Source: Bacteroidales bacterium (GTDB lineage: Bacteria; Bacteroidota; Bacteroidia; Bacteroidales; JAGONC01). From it: 49,091 nucleotides of DNA. Under the pieces are notes generated by a model. The model was not told the origin of the DNA, ran no database searches, and worked only from the letters and a program-made list of their open reading frames with translations. Every line of letters starts with the position of its first letter. Position 1 is the first letter of the stretch. Shown piece by piece: positions 7,856 to 18,186 of the stretch. The stretch is taken from assembly GCA_023133655.1 (NCBI GenBank), contig JAGLWB010000388.1, forward strand, positions 1 through 49,091, given 5' to 3'. The position numbers and the translations under genes are program-made.

Positions 7856-8243
7856 ATCGCCTAATTCCTTTCTATCCAAGTGACCCACAAAAAAAGTTGT
7901 CGCTCGATGCGGCATCCATTTTTATTGTCGATTGTCAATTTTCAATTGTCGATGTTCAATTTTTTTGTGGGATTAAAGTGATATTAAGGTTTTGTGAAAT
8001 ATTACCACTTGCTGTTCAAACTCATCCTAGCAGGACTATTAACACAGCCTTTTTAATTAAATTTTCTTTCCAAAATTGACAATCACCTAATTCCTCTTCA
8101 TTGGTTTATCTGAAATGATAAATCAGGAAATTTAATCAGGAAGATGAATAAGAAATAACCAATAAGAAATAAAAAATCAGGAAAAATCATCGAAAATCAC
8201 ATCGAAAATCGACAACCGACAATTGACAATCGCCTAATTCCTC
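7856..8243. repeat. Direct repeats of the DegT 3' end plus heptamer (AATTGAC/GTCAATT) arrays
   Basis: AATTGACAATC(A/G)CCTAATTCCTC at 8074-8096 and 8221-8243; ATCGCCTAATTCCT at 7856-7869; inverted heptamer array near 7922-7960. Confidence 0.7.
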
Positions 8244-9448
8244 AACGACTCAACAGCACCAACAACAGCGTCAACCACTTCCTCGATCTGGGCGTTTGTT
8301 AAATCGTAAAAAACCGGCAAGCTGATAACACGGGAATAATTATTGAACGCAACAGGAAAGTTCCTGATATCATAACCCCTGTTTTTATAATAGGTCATCA
8401 TAGGTAAAGGAACGAAATGGACATTCACCGCAACTTCTTCTTCAAATATCTTTTGAATAATCCGGTCTCTCTCTTCCTCTTTAATATTCCTGATCCGTAA
8501 CAGGTAAACATGAAAAGAGGATCTTTTATCTTTTGTTTCATAAACAGGAGTTTGTGCCCAATCGTATGTTGAGAACCGGCTGGTATAACGATCAAATATC
8601 TCTTTACGCCGCACCAGCATATCATCATCGTACCGTTCAAGCTCCACAAGCCCCATGGCTGCCTGAATATCAGTAAAGTTACATTTATATCCCGGCTCAA
8701 TTATGTCGTATTTCCAATTCCCCGGTTGTGTTTTTGCCAACGCATCTTTGGTCTGACCATGTAAAGATTTAATATTCAGTTCATTATAAAGTCTTTCATT
8801 GTCAAAATCGTTACCCAGGTTAAGGCAAATCGCACCCCCTTCGGCTGTTGTAAGATTTTTTACAGCGTGAAAAGAAAACACAGCGATATCGGAAAGTGTT
8901 CCTGACTTTCTGCCTTTATAACCTGCACCGATAGAATGAGCAGCATCAGAAAGCATTAAAATCCGGTTCAATTTTTTCTGGATAGCTGTTTCAGGCAAAA
9001 ACATTTGCTTAATAGAATCTTTTTCAACCAGGCTCATGATCTTCTCATAATCGCAAGGAAAACCAGCCAGGTCGACAGGCATAATAACTTTTGTTCTTTT
9101 TGTAATTGCTTTTTCAATGGCCGATGCTGAAATATTAAAATCATCACCAATATCCACCATTACGGGCAATGCACCACAATGGACTACAACATTGGCTGTT
9201 GCCGCATAAGTATACGCAGGTACAATAACCTCATCACCTTCTTTTACCCCAAACCAACGAAGAACAAGTTCTAAGCCTGCCGACCCGGAATTTACGCACA
9301 ACGTTGATTTACAGCCGGTGTAATCCGTAAGTCTTCTTTCAAATAGTTTTGTTTTTGGCCCTGTTGTAATCCAACCTGATTTCAGGACTTCTGTAACCGC
9401 ATCAATGGTCTTCTGATCAACACGTGGAGGGGAAAAAGGAACTTTCAT
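8234..9448 (-). CDS. DegT/DnrJ/EryC1/StrS PLP-dependent sugar aminotransferase
   Basis: [30 protein letters not shown] (PLP lysine). Confidence 0.93.
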   Translation of the reverse strand: MKVPFSPPRVDQKTIDAVTEVLKSGWITTGPKTKLFERRLTDYTGCKSTLCVNSGSAGLELVLRWFGVKEGDEVIVPAYTYAATANVVVHCGALPVMVDIGDDFNISASAIEKAITKRTKVIMPVDLAGFPCDYEKIMSLVEKDSIKQMFLPETAIQKKLNRILMLSDAAHSIGAGYKGRKSGTLSDIAVFSFHAVKNLTTAEGGAICLNLGNDFDNERLYNELNIKSLHGQTKDALAKTQPGNWKYDIIEPGYKCNFTDIQAAMGLVELERYDDDMLVRRKEIFDRYTSRFSTYDWAQTPVYETKDKRSSFHVYLLRIRNIKEEERDRIIQKIFEEEVAVNVHFVPLPMMTYYKNRGYDIRNFPVAFNNYSRVISLPVFYDLTNAQIEEVVDAVVGAVESLRN

Positions 9449-10398
9449 CGGGTGTAGGCGCTTAAAAACATGTTAACATTATATTCAACCCTTTCAATAA
9501 CATCAGTAATATCAGATTTTATAAATTGTTCACCTGTGATCTTTTCATACAATTCAATATAACGATCTGACACCAGGCTGACAAAATCATCATCCATCAC
9601 GGGAATTTTTTGCCCTTCCCTTCCCTGGAACCCTCGCTCCATCAACCATTCCCTTACAAATTCTTTGGAAAGTTGTTTCTGTGGCTCCCCATTATTTAAT
9701 CGCTCAGCATACCCTGCACGATAAAAATATCTGGACGAATCAGGTGTATGTATCTCATCGATCAGAAATATTTTTCCATCTTGTTTCCCAAATTCATATT
9801 TTGTATCGACGAGTATCAACCCCATTTTCTCAGCAATCCGGGATCCTCTCTCAAACAGGGCATAGGTATATTTCTCAAGTTGCTCATATTCATCTTCAGA
9901 TATAATATTTTTCCTAATAACATCTTCTTTGGAGATATCCTCATCATGTCCAACAGTTTCTTTTGTTGTTGGTGTTATAATAGGGGCCGGGAATTTTTCA
10001 TTTTCTTTCATTCCTTGAGGCATAGGAACGCCACATATACTTCGTTTCCCGGCTTTATATTCTCTCCACGCGTGTCCGGTCAGGTAACCTCTAATCACCA
10101 TTTCAATCTTAAAAGGCTCACATAATCTGCCAAATGTAACCATAGGGTCCGGGGTAGAAATTTTCCAGTTTGGAACAATATCCTCCGTAGCATCAAGGAA
10201 CTTTCCGGCGATCTGGTTCAATACCTGCCCCTTGTATGGAATCCCTCTTGGTAAAACCACATCAAAAGCAGATATCCGATCGGTGGTAATCATCAGCAAA
10301 TATTTGTCTTGAATAAAATAAACATCCCTTACTTTTCCAACATAAAGTTCCTTTTGCCCGGGCAGGTGAAAATTTGTATTGATAATTGCATCTTCCAT
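9445..10398 (-). CDS. purC: Phosphoribosylaminoimidazole-succinocarboxamide (SAICAR) synthase
   Basis: [44 protein letters not shown]. Confidence 0.96.
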   Translation of the reverse strand: MEDAIINTNFHLPGQKELYVGKVRDVYFIQDKYLLMITTDRISAFDVVLPRGIPYKGQVLNQIAGKFLDATEDIVPNWKISTPDPMVTFGRLCEPFKIEMVIRGYLTGHAWREYKAGKRSICGVPMPQGMKENEKFPAPIITPTTKETVGHDEDISKEDVIRKNIISEDEYEQLEKYTYALFERGSRIAEKMGLILVDTKYEFGKQDGKIFLIDEIHTPDSSRYFYRAGYAERLNNGEPQKQLSKEFVREWLMERGFQGREGQKIPVMDDDFVSLVSDRYIELYEKITGEQFIKSDITDVIERVEYNVNMFLSAYTR

Positions 10399-10499
10399 AT
10401 TCTCAAATCTAATTAGTTGTTATTATGTTTCCCGTTTTCCCTTTTCTTACCTTTCGTTTTTCGTTTCTCTCTTCTCTCTTTTTTCTCCATTCGAGACAA

Positions 10500-10700
10500 C
10501 GGGGCAAGGGAGGGGGAGGTTGGGTTCTCTCTCACCCCCGGACTGAAGTCCGGGGCTAGTCATCCGGGGCTATTCAATCCCTGACTCGTCCTCCTGTTTC
10601 CTGATTCCTGTCTCCCGTTTCCCGTTTCCCGTTTCCCGTCTTCCGTCTTCTGTCTCTCGTCTTCCCGATAACCTTCGTTCATCGGGATCTTCGCTTCGAC
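10500..10700. repeat. Mosaic of a REP-like palindrome and heptamer tandem repeats between phoH and purC
   Basis: CCCCGGAC-TGAA-GTCCGGGG (10536-10555), a second CCGGGGCTA, TCCCGTT/TTCCGTC-type heptamers (~10612-10665) and a CCCGAT...ATCGGG hairpin. Confidence 0.6.
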
Positions 10701-10704
10701 CTGT

Positions 10705-11658
10705 CTACCGGCTACCGACATCCCCCTCATAAGCTCTTAACACCCTGGAAACAAGCTTATGCCTGATGATATCCCGCTCATCCAGCATTACAAAATCAAC
10801 TCCTTTTACCCCTTGCAGGATTTTCATAGCATGTATCAACCCTGACTCCTGATGTTTAGGTAAGTCGATCTGGGTAATATCGCCTGTAACCATAAATTTT
10901 GCAGATTTTCCCATTCTTGTTAAAAACATTTTAAGCTGGCCTTTGGTAGTATTTTGGGCCTCATCCAAAATGGCAAAAACATTTTCCAGTGTTCGCCCTC
11001 TCATAAATGCCAGAGGGGCAATTTCAATGGTCCCGTCTTCAATAAAAGTAAGCAGTTTTTGAGGAGGGAGCATATCCCTTAAGGCATCGTACAATGGTTG
11101 GAGATAAGGATCAAGCTTATCTTTAAGATCACCTGGTAAAAAACCAAGACTCTCACCTGCCTCAACAGCCGGTCGTGCAAGGATGATCCGCTTCACTTCT
11201 TTATTTTTTAAGGCTCTAACCGCAAGAGCAACCGCCGTATAAGTCTTCCCTGTTCCTGCCGGTCCTATGGAAAGGACCAAATCGTTTTTTTCGATACTTT
11301 CAACCATTTTATGTTGATTCACAGTACGTGCTTTTATGAGCATTCCATGTCGGCCGTGCACTAAAACGCCATTGGATGGCTGATTGTTAAAAGAATCGTT
11401 ATAATCTTCTGATTGAAGTATCTGTTGAATATCATTTTCAAGTAATTTGCCAAAGGTTTCATAATGCATCAGTATGAGGGAGAACTTCTTGTCAAAAGAC
11501 TTAATCTCATTTTCTTCCCCCATTACTTTTATTAACTGGCCCCTAACCACAAACTTCAGTTTCGGGAAGGTCGACTTTATGACGTTTATATTGCGATCGT
11601 TTACACCATAAATGTCAACAGGATTATAAGCTTCAATGCTAAAAGTTTGTTCAGTCAT
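10705..11658 (-). CDS. phoH: PhoH family ATPase
   Basis: GPAGTGKTY, RPAVEAGESLGFLPGD, LAFMRGRTL, DEAQN, TGDITQIDLP. Likely start MTEQTF at 11658; the longer track ORF runs into the promoter region. Confidence 0.93.
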   Translation of the reverse strand: MTEQTFSIEAYNPVDIYGVNDRNINVIKSTFPKLKFVVRGQLIKVMGEENEIKSFDKKFSLILMHYETFGKLLENDIQQILQSEDYNDSFNNQPSNGVLVHGRHGMLIKARTVNQHKMVESIEKNDLVLSIGPAGTGKTYTAVALAVRALKNKEVKRIILARPAVEAGESLGFLPGDLKDKLDPYLQPLYDALRDMLPPQKLLTFIEDGTIEIAPLAFMRGRTLENVFAILDEAQNTTKGQLKMFLTRMGKSAKFMVTGDITQIDLPKHQESGLIHAMKILQGVKGVDFVMLDERDIIRHKLVSRVLRAYEGDVGSR

Positions 11659-11694
11659 AAGAAAGTTATTGATAAATTTTTGTTGATAATAAAT

Positions 11695-11757
11695 CAAAAT
11701 TACGAATAAATTCAAAAAGTTATGCTTTAATGTGTAATTTTGAAGACTACAAAAATA
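11695..11757. promoter_or_regulatory. Divergent Bacteroidota -7 boxes (phoH / DUF62 gene)
   Basis: TAATTTTG on plus at 11735-11742; TATTTTTG (11757-11750) and TAATTTTG (11702-11695) on minus. Confidence 0.45.
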
Positions 11758-11808
11758 GTGGAAATTTAGTTCGGTAAAAAACAAGTTTATTTCTTTAGGT
11801 ATAATTTC

Positions 11809-12588
11809 ATGCCAATCATCACTCTAATTAGCGACTGGGGGTGTAAAGACCCCTACCTGGCCAGTGTTAAAGGCACCATCCTGAAACAGCTTCCTGAAAC
11901 TGTAATTGTTGATATATCTCATGATATACCCCCTTTTGACATTAACCAGGCATCATTTATTTTAAAAAACAGTTACAAGGCTTTTCCTCCAAAAACCATT
12001 CATATCATTGCCATCAACTCAGAAGCCTCCATTGAAACACCCCATACTGTTGTTGAATACGATGAACATTTTTTCATTGGAGCCGATAATGGAATTTTCC
12101 CTCTTGTTATGGATGGAGAACCTACAAAAATTGTGGAGCTGGAAATTTTTCAGGACTCTGATTATTTTACTTTCTCATCCCGGGACGTTTTTGTTAAAGC
12201 TGCCATTCACATTGCTAACACAGGTAAACCAGAAGATCTGGGAACTATCAAAACCAAGCTTAATGAACGAATTTCGTTTAAACCGGTTGTTGAAGAAAAT
12301 ATTATTCGGGGAAAAGTAATTTACATCGATTCTTTTGAAAATCTCATAACCAACATCACCGAAAAACAATTTAATAAAATACGTAACGGGAAAAAGTTTG
12401 AAATCACCTTTCGGACGCCAGGTTATGTTATCAATACCATTTGTGACTCTTATAGTGATGTTCCTGCTGGTGAAATGCTTGCTATTTTCGGTTCAACAGG
12501 TTTTCTTGAGATTGCCATGAACAAAGGAAATGCCAGCAGCCTGCTAGGAATGGACCTGGATGAAATAGTCAGAGTTGAATTCAAATAA
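11809..12588 (+). CDS. SAM hydroxide adenosyltransferase / SAM-dependent halogenase family (DUF62)
   Basis: ITLISDWG, VDISHDIPPFD, FIGADNG, TFSSRDVF, YIDSFENLITN, LEIAMNKGNA. Confidence 0.9.
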   Translation: MPIITLISDWGCKDPYLASVKGTILKQLPETVIVDISHDIPPFDINQASFILKNSYKAFPPKTIHIIAINSEASIETPHTVVEYDEHFFIGADNGIFPLVMDGEPTKIVELEIFQDSDYFTFSSRDVFVKAAIHIANTGKPEDLGTIKTKLNERISFKPVVEENIIRGKVIYIDSFENLITNITEKQFNKIRNGKKFEITFRTPGYVINTICDSYSDVPAGEMLAIFGSTGFLEIAMNKGNASSLLGMDLDEIVRVEFK

Positions 12589-12605
12589 CAGTTGGGAAAA
12601 TTATT

Positions 12606-13349
12606 ATGTGGGCCTTGCTAAAAAAAGAAATTAATGGTTTTCTAAATTCATTGACCGGGTATTTAGTAATCATGGTTTTCCTGGTGATCAATGGATTATT
12701 TCTTTGGGTCCTCCCAGTATCCTTTAACATTCCTGATTACGGCTATTCGAGCCTGGATGGATTATTTGTTATTGCCCCTTTTGTTTTTCTGTTCCTCATT
12801 CCAGCTATTACCATGCGGTTTTTTGCCGAAGAGAGGAAAACCGGCACAATCGAGCTTCTGTTAACCAAGCCACTCACCGACTTTCAAATCATCATGGCTA
12901 AATACCTTGCAGCTTTATTACTGGTTGTCTTTTCCTTACTCCCTACACTTATTTATTTTTATTCAGTATATAGCCTTGGTTTACCTCCCGGAAATATTGA
13001 TATCGGAGGGACCTGGGGGTCCTATATTGGCCTGCTTTTCCTGGGAGCTGCCTTTGTAGCTATCGGACTTTTCGCATCATCACTTACTGATAATCAGATT
13101 ATTGCATTTATTATCGGAGTGTTCATCAGTGGATTTGTCTATGTAGGTTTTGACCTTTTTTATTCTTTTGACCTTTTAGGACATGTTGATCTTTTCATTA
13201 AGTCATTAGGAATAAATGCACATTACACATCAATGAGCCGTGGTGTTATCGACACCCGTGATGTCATATACTTTTTAAGCGTGATCGCCATCTTTATTTT
13301 ATTGACTAAAATCAGCCTGGAAAGTAGAAAATGGGAAAGGAAGAAATGA
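12606..13349 (+). CDS. gldF: Gliding-motility-associated ABC transporter permease GldF
   Basis: KKEINGFLNSLTGY, PAITMRFFAEERKTGTIELLLTKP, SRGVIDTRDVIYF. Confidence 0.9.
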   Translation: MWALLKKEINGFLNSLTGYLVIMVFLVINGLFLWVLPVSFNIPDYGYSSLDGLFVIAPFVFLFLIPAITMRFFAEERKTGTIELLLTKPLTDFQIIMAKYLAALLLVVFSLLPTLIYFYSVYSLGLPPGNIDIGGTWGSYIGLLFLGAAFVAIGLFASSLTDNQIIAFIIGVFISGFVYVGFDLFYSFDLLGHVDLFIKSLGINAHYTSMSRGVIDTRDVIYFLSVIAIFILLTKISLESRKWERKK

Positions 13350-15082
13350 TAGATAAACGTGCGAACATAAAGAGGGTAAACCTGATTCAGCTGGGGCTGA
13401 GCCTGACTATCATTGTGCTATTGAATATAATTGGGTCTTACCTTTTTACTCGATTCGACCTTACCTCCGAAAAGAGATACTCCCTTTCAAATGCAACCAA
13501 AAATTTACTGAAAGAGGTTGACGACATTATCTACTTTAAAATCTACCTGGAAGGGGAGTTCCCTGCAGGTTTTAAAAGATTGAGCAGGGAAACTAAGGAA
13601 ATGCTGGATGAGTTCAGGGCATACAACAATAAGATCCAGTATGATTTTATCAACCCATCCAAAGCAGGAACTGCCGGAGAAGTTAACAGATTTTATGAGG
13701 AATTAGTACGCAAAGGACTGAATCCCACTGATCTTCAGGTAAAAACATATGATGGCAGATCGCAGAAAATTATTTTTCCCGGCGCGTTGGTAACTTATAG
13801 ATCGCGGGAGTTACCGCTTCATTTATTGCAAAGCCAGATTGGCATGCCGCCCGAGGCAATCCTCAACAATTCCATCCAAGCACTCGAGTATAACATTTCA
13901 AGTGTAATAAAAAAACTAATTGTAGGGAATAAACCTAAAATAGCATTTATTGAAGGGCATGGCGAATTGGAAGAGATCTATGTACATGATATTACCAACA
14001 CACTTAGCGAATATTATAACACCGAACGGGTGATGATTGATGGTAAGGTCTCCAGCCTGACTCACCGTGACACCACCCATGACGGAAAAGTGATCGTACA
14101 AAACAGATACGAGGCCATCATCATTGCACAGCCTGATTCAACATTTAGTGAAATAGATAAATTTGTTATTGATCAGTTTATTATGCGTGGTGGCAAAGTG
14201 TTATGGCTGATCGATCCTGTGTATGCAACAATGGACAGTCTGGAGCTTTCAAGCCAGACACTTGGCCTGGCCAGAGACCTTAATCTTGATGATATGCTTT
14301 TTAAATATGGGGTTCGTTTAAACCCTAATCTTCTTCTCGATTTGAATGCCCTTCCAATCAGAATCGTTACAGGCATCATTGATAACCAGCCGCAAATCAA
14401 TTTTTTACCCTGGTTTTATTTCCCGGTCATATTACCCACCTCAAACCACCCTGTCGTAAATAATCTCAATGCCATTACCACTTCATTTATCAGCAGTATC
14501 GATACCATTAATAATCCTGAAGTCAGAAAAACTATACTTCTAACAACTTCACCTTACTCAAGAGCAATTAAATCACCGGTTTTAATCGACTTAAAAATAT
14601 TAGAAGAAGAGCCGGATGAGCGACTTTTCAGAATGGCTAATATTCCGGTAGCCGTGCTTTTAGAAGGCCGCTTTAAGTCTGTGTTCGAAAACCGTATCAC
14701 ACCAGAGATCAAAGGTGACCGCTTAATCGATTTTAAAGAAGTAAGTCTATTAAATAAAATGATAGTTATTGCCGATGGTGATATCATTCGCAATCAACTA
14801 CATGTGGCTCAAGGCTATCCGCTTCCCCTTGGATTTGATCAATATACAAGGCAAAGCTTTGGAAACAGTGACCTTATCCTTAATGCCATGAATTACCTGT
14901 GTGATGATTCAGGATTAATTATTTCCCGATCGAAGGAAGTAAAACTCAGGCTGCTTGATAAAACCAGGCTAAAGAATCATAAACTCTCATGGCAATTATT
15001 AAACACGCTACTGCCGGTAATTTTGGTGCTTGTCTTTGGAATCATTAAAAGCCGTCTGCGAAAAAGAAAATTTACCCAATAA
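13346..15082 (+). CDS. gldG: Gliding-motility-associated ABC transporter substrate-binding/auxiliary protein GldG
   Basis: RFDLTSEKRYSLS, EGHGEL, IDQFIMRGGKVLWLID, IADGDIIRNQ. An ATGA overlap with the gldF stop suggests the start at 13346. Confidence 0.9.
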   Translation: MIDKRANIKRVNLIQLGLSLTIIVLLNIIGSYLFTRFDLTSEKRYSLSNATKNLLKEVDDIIYFKIYLEGEFPAGFKRLSRETKEMLDEFRAYNNKIQYDFINPSKAGTAGEVNRFYEELVRKGLNPTDLQVKTYDGRSQKIIFPGALVTYRSRELPLHLLQSQIGMPPEAILNNSIQALEYNISSVIKKLIVGNKPKIAFIEGHGELEEIYVHDITNTLSEYYNTERVMIDGKVSSLTHRDTTHDGKVIVQNRYEAIIIAQPDSTFSEIDKFVIDQFIMRGGKVLWLIDPVYATMDSLELSSQTLGLARDLNLDDMLFKYGVRLNPNLLLDLNALPIRIVTGIIDNQPQINFLPWFYFPVILPTSNHPVVNNLNAITTSFISSIDTINNPEVRKTILLTTSPYSRAIKSPVLIDLKILEEEPDERLFRMANIPVAVLLEGRFKSVFENRITPEIKGDRLIDFKEVSLLNKMIVIADGDIIRNQLHVAQGYPLPLGFDQYTRQSFGNSDLILNAMNYLCDDSGLIISRSKEVKLRLLDKTRLKNHKLSWQLLNTLLPVILVLVFGIIKSRLRKRKFTQ

Positions 15083-15100
15083 TAAAAATGAAACGAACCG

Positions 15101-15134
15101 AACATGAACCGACGGGTCCCGTCGGTTTGGTTCA
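15101..15134. repeat. REP-like palindromic element, copy B
   Basis: AACATGAACCGACGGG-T-CCCGTCGGTTTGGTTCA; same family as 3411-3455, opposite orientation. Confidence 0.7.
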
Positions 15135-15173
15135 CACTGAGACAATGATTATTTAAGTATAAAAATAAACCAT

Positions 15174-16238
15174 ATGAAAAATAAAATCATATTATTTGCC
15201 ATAGCGGCTCTGTTGATGCTGGTTGCTATCCTCCTTGTAATAACTAATTCAAAAAGCACAATTAAAAAGGAAATAATTGATTTTGCAGTTGATGATACAG
15301 CCAATATAACAATGATCTTTTTATCAGATAAAAATAACCGCAGCGTCACATTGAAACGAACAGATCAAGGTCAATGGTCGGTTAATGAAGAGTACAGGGC
15401 TCACAAGGAAAGCGTTGATTTACTACTAAAAACAATGATTAATCTGGCCATAATGGAGCCTGTATCTGATGTTGCACATAATACGGTTATCAAGGTAATG
15501 GCTGCCAGTGCTATTAAAGTGGAAATATATCAATTGGTATACAGAATAAATCTATTTAATAAGATAAGGCTATTCCGGCATGAGAAGCTTACCAGGACTT
15601 ATTATGTTGGCCATGTTACTCAAAACAATATCGGCACTTACATGCTAATAGAAGGCTCAACACAGCCTTTCATTGTATATATGCCGGGATTTCGCGGATT
15701 TGTTGCATCGAGATACAGAACGCTCGAGACGGATTGGCGCGACCATACGGTTTTTAATACTAAATTAAAAAATATTGCTTCTGTTACTGTAGAATTTCCG
15801 GCACAGCCCGACCGGTCGTACAAAGTTGTAAACAAAAATGACAGAGACCTCACACTGATTTCGGTAAAGAGCAACAATGAAATTGACGATTATGATACAC
15901 TGGCATTATTTCAATTCATTACTTCGTTTGAAAATATCCGTTTTGAGGCTTTTAAAAACGACATGCACCCTGAAATAATTGATTCCATCACGTCATCACA
16001 ACCGATGCATATAATTACGCTTATTGAAAAATCGGGAAAACAACATGTAGTGAAAAATTATTATAAACCTGGATTCTATGGGGAGGTGGATTACAAAGGC
16101 GATCCCCTTCTGCATGACAGGGATCGTTTTTATTCAGTTTTGAATGATGGAAGGGACTTCACCATGAATCAGTATTTTGTTTTTGATAAAATCACCAGAC
16201 CGCTATCATATTTCCTTCACAATGAAAAGCAGAATTAG
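15174..16238 (+). CDS. DUF4340-like N-terminally membrane-anchored protein
   Basis: N-terminal hydrophobic anchor, DFAVDDTANITMIF, PGFRGFV...WRDHTVF; usual position after gldG. Confidence 0.7.
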   Translation: MKNKIILFAIAALLMLVAILLVITNSKSTIKKEIIDFAVDDTANITMIFLSDKNNRSVTLKRTDQGQWSVNEEYRAHKESVDLLLKTMINLAIMEPVSDVAHNTVIKVMAASAIKVEIYQLVYRINLFNKIRLFRHEKLTRTYYVGHVTQNNIGTYMLIEGSTQPFIVYMPGFRGFVASRYRTLETDWRDHTVFNTKLKNIASVTVEFPAQPDRSYKVVNKNDRDLTLISVKSNNEIDDYDTLALFQFITSFENIRFEAFKNDMHPEIIDSITSSQPMHIITLIEKSGKQHVVKNYYKPGFYGEVDYKGDPLLHDRDRFYSVLNDGRDFTMNQYFVFDKITRPLSYFLHNEKQN

Positions 16239-16291
16239 CTGACGGATCATTACATTGCATACATGCACTAAAAAGATTTTATAAAAGTTTG

Positions 16292-16299
16292 TACTTTTG
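16292..16299 (+). promoter_or_regulatory. Bacteroidota -7 box for the polysaccharide cluster
   Basis: TACTTTTG, 23 nt upstream of the flippase start. Confidence 0.45.
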
Positions 16300-16322
16300 A
16301 TGAGTATTCCAATCGATTCTGT

Positions 16323-17597
16323 GTGATCAAAAAACTTTTACAATCCGAATTCCTGAGAAATGTCATGACCCTGGCAAGCGGTACAGCTATTGCACAGGCA
16401 ATACCGGTATTAATATCCCCTATTCTAAGCCGCTTATACACACCTGACGACTTTGGGGTTCTGGCTCTGTTCATGTCAATTGCTGCTATTCTAAGCGTTA
16501 TTGCTACCGGTAGGTATGAACTGGCCATTATGCTGCCGAAAAAGGAAAGAGAAGCTTACAATATTCTGGCTTTATCATTACTCTTTGCTTTTGCTGTTTC
16601 ATTCATTACTTTTATTTTGGTTTTATTATTTAAAAAACCCGTTGCTGATTTCTTTGATGAGCCCGGAATTGAATCCTGGCTTTTCTTATTACCTGTAGTT
16701 ATCTTGTTTTCAGGTATCTTTCAGGCTTTCAACTATTGGTCGACCAGAAATAAAACATACAGGAAGAATGCTACCAGCCGGGTTTCCCGGTCATCGGTTA
16801 CGGTCACAGCTAACCTTGGAATGGGTATTGCAAAAACCGGTTCTTCAGGGCTTATTTTGGGTTATATCCTTGGCCATGTCATGGCAGCGATGGTATTGGC
16901 CTGGAGTACAATATCCAATCTCCGGCATTTCAAGAACCAGGTAACACGGAAAGAAATCATTGAAAATGCTACCAGGTACAAAAATTTTTTAAGGATAAAT
17001 ACCCCCCATGCTTTCATTGACTCGTTGCAGGATAATGGACTCATTTACCTGATCATGTATTTCTTCTCTAAGCTTATTCTTGGATCTTATTCATTTGCAT
17101 ACCGGATATTAAAAGCGCCTGTTGGATTGATCGGAAATGCTATTTATCAGGTTTTTTATCAAAAAGCTTCCGAAGCATTAAAAGAGGGACGGGAAATACA
17201 ACCTATGGTCAAAAAAATCTACTTAAACCTGTTCTTGATCGGATTCCCCATGTTTGTATTACTTTTCCTGTTTGCCCCCTCTATTTTTACTTTTGTTTTT
17301 GGTGAAGAATGGAAAATCTCAGGCGACATAGCCCAAATTTTAATGCCCTGGATATTTTTAAACTTTATGGTAAATCCGGTATCCTGCCTGGCAATAATCA
17401 TGAACAAACAAAAAACAGCAATGTATTTTACTTTTGCAGACATTACTATTAAAGTTGTATCTATGGTGATAGGTGGACTAAATCATGATTTTCGTCTTGG
17501 ATTTATTATTATGAGTACTTTAGGCAGTTTTCTGATGATAGGTGCACTTATTTGGTATTACAGAATAGCAAACCTGAAATTATATAAATCGTATTAA
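16323..17597 (+). CDS. Wzx-type oligosaccharide flippase
   Basis: LASGTAIAQAI...ILSRLYTPDDFG...TGRYELAI; many TM helices; GTG start. Confidence 0.88.
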   Translation: MIKKLLQSEFLRNVMTLASGTAIAQAIPVLISPILSRLYTPDDFGVLALFMSIAAILSVIATGRYELAIMLPKKEREAYNILALSLLFAFAVSFITFILVLLFKKPVADFFDEPGIESWLFLLPVVILFSGIFQAFNYWSTRNKTYRKNATSRVSRSSVTVTANLGMGIAKTGSSGLILGYILGHVMAAMVLAWSTISNLRHFKNQVTRKEIIENATRYKNFLRINTPHAFIDSLQDNGLIYLIMYFFSKLILGSYSFAYRILKAPVGLIGNAIYQVFYQKASEALKEGREIQPMVKKIYLNLFLIGFPMFVLLFLFAPSIFTFVFGEEWKISGDIAQILMPWIFLNFMVNPVSCLAIIMNKQKTAMYFTFADITIKVVSMVIGGLNHDFRLGFIIMSTLGSFLMIGALIWYYRIANLKLYKSY

Positions 17598-17613
17598 TAT
17601 AACTAACTCAATT

Positions 17614-18186
17614 ATGAATTTTAGGCATTGGATATGGAATAAATTTGCAACACTTATAAAACCCAGAATGGTTTGGGGATATAAAAACAGCAAAGGAAAA
17701 ATGTTACATAATGTCAGGATTAGCAGTTCTACATATATTGACCATCCGCAAAACCTTACGATCGAAAATAATGTATATATAGGCCATCATAATTTTATTG
17801 AGGCAAGTAATAATATTACCATTGAGGAGGGAACACAAATTACAAACTTTGTTAATATTACAACCCATTCCAGCCATGTTGCCATTCGGTTATATGGTAA
17901 TAAATATATTGAATCAACTGATCATACAGGATATACTAAAGGTGAAGTATATATTGGCAAATACACTTTCATCGGACCACATGTTGTCATTATGCCTGAT
18001 ACAAAAATCGGAAAAGGGTCGATTGTTTCTGCCTTTAGTTATGTTAAAGGTGATTTTCCTGATTTTTCTGTTTTGAAAGGAAACCCGGCAGTTGTAATTG
18101 GAGATACACGTGACATTGACCGTAAATTTCTGGAAGAATTTCCACCATTAAAAGAAACCTATCACCAGTGGGCCAACGAAAGATGA
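17614..18186 (+). CDS. Hexapeptide-repeat O-acyltransferase
   Basis: Left-handed beta-helix repeats (IENNVYIG, IGKYTFIG, IGKGSIV) and GNPAVVI. Confidence 0.88.
   Translation: MNFRHWIWNKFATLIKPRMVWGYKNSKGKMLHNVRISSSTYIDHPQNLTIENNVYIGHHNFIEASNNITIEEGTQITNFVNITTHSSHVAIRLYGNKYIESTDHTGYTKGEVYIGKYTFIGPHVVIMPDTKIGKGSIVSAFSYVKGDFPDFSVLKGNPAVVIGDTRDIDRKFLEEFPPLKETYHQWANER

Noticed and set aside
7856-8243. CRISPR array
   Set aside because: Only 2-3 short repeats with 124-204 nt irregular spacing, one overlapping a gene end; no cas genes.
11809-12588. Fluorinase/chlorinase for natural-product halogenation
   Set aside because: Housekeeping context (phoH, gldF) is usual for DUF62 genes in Bacteroidota; no biosynthetic cluster nearby.
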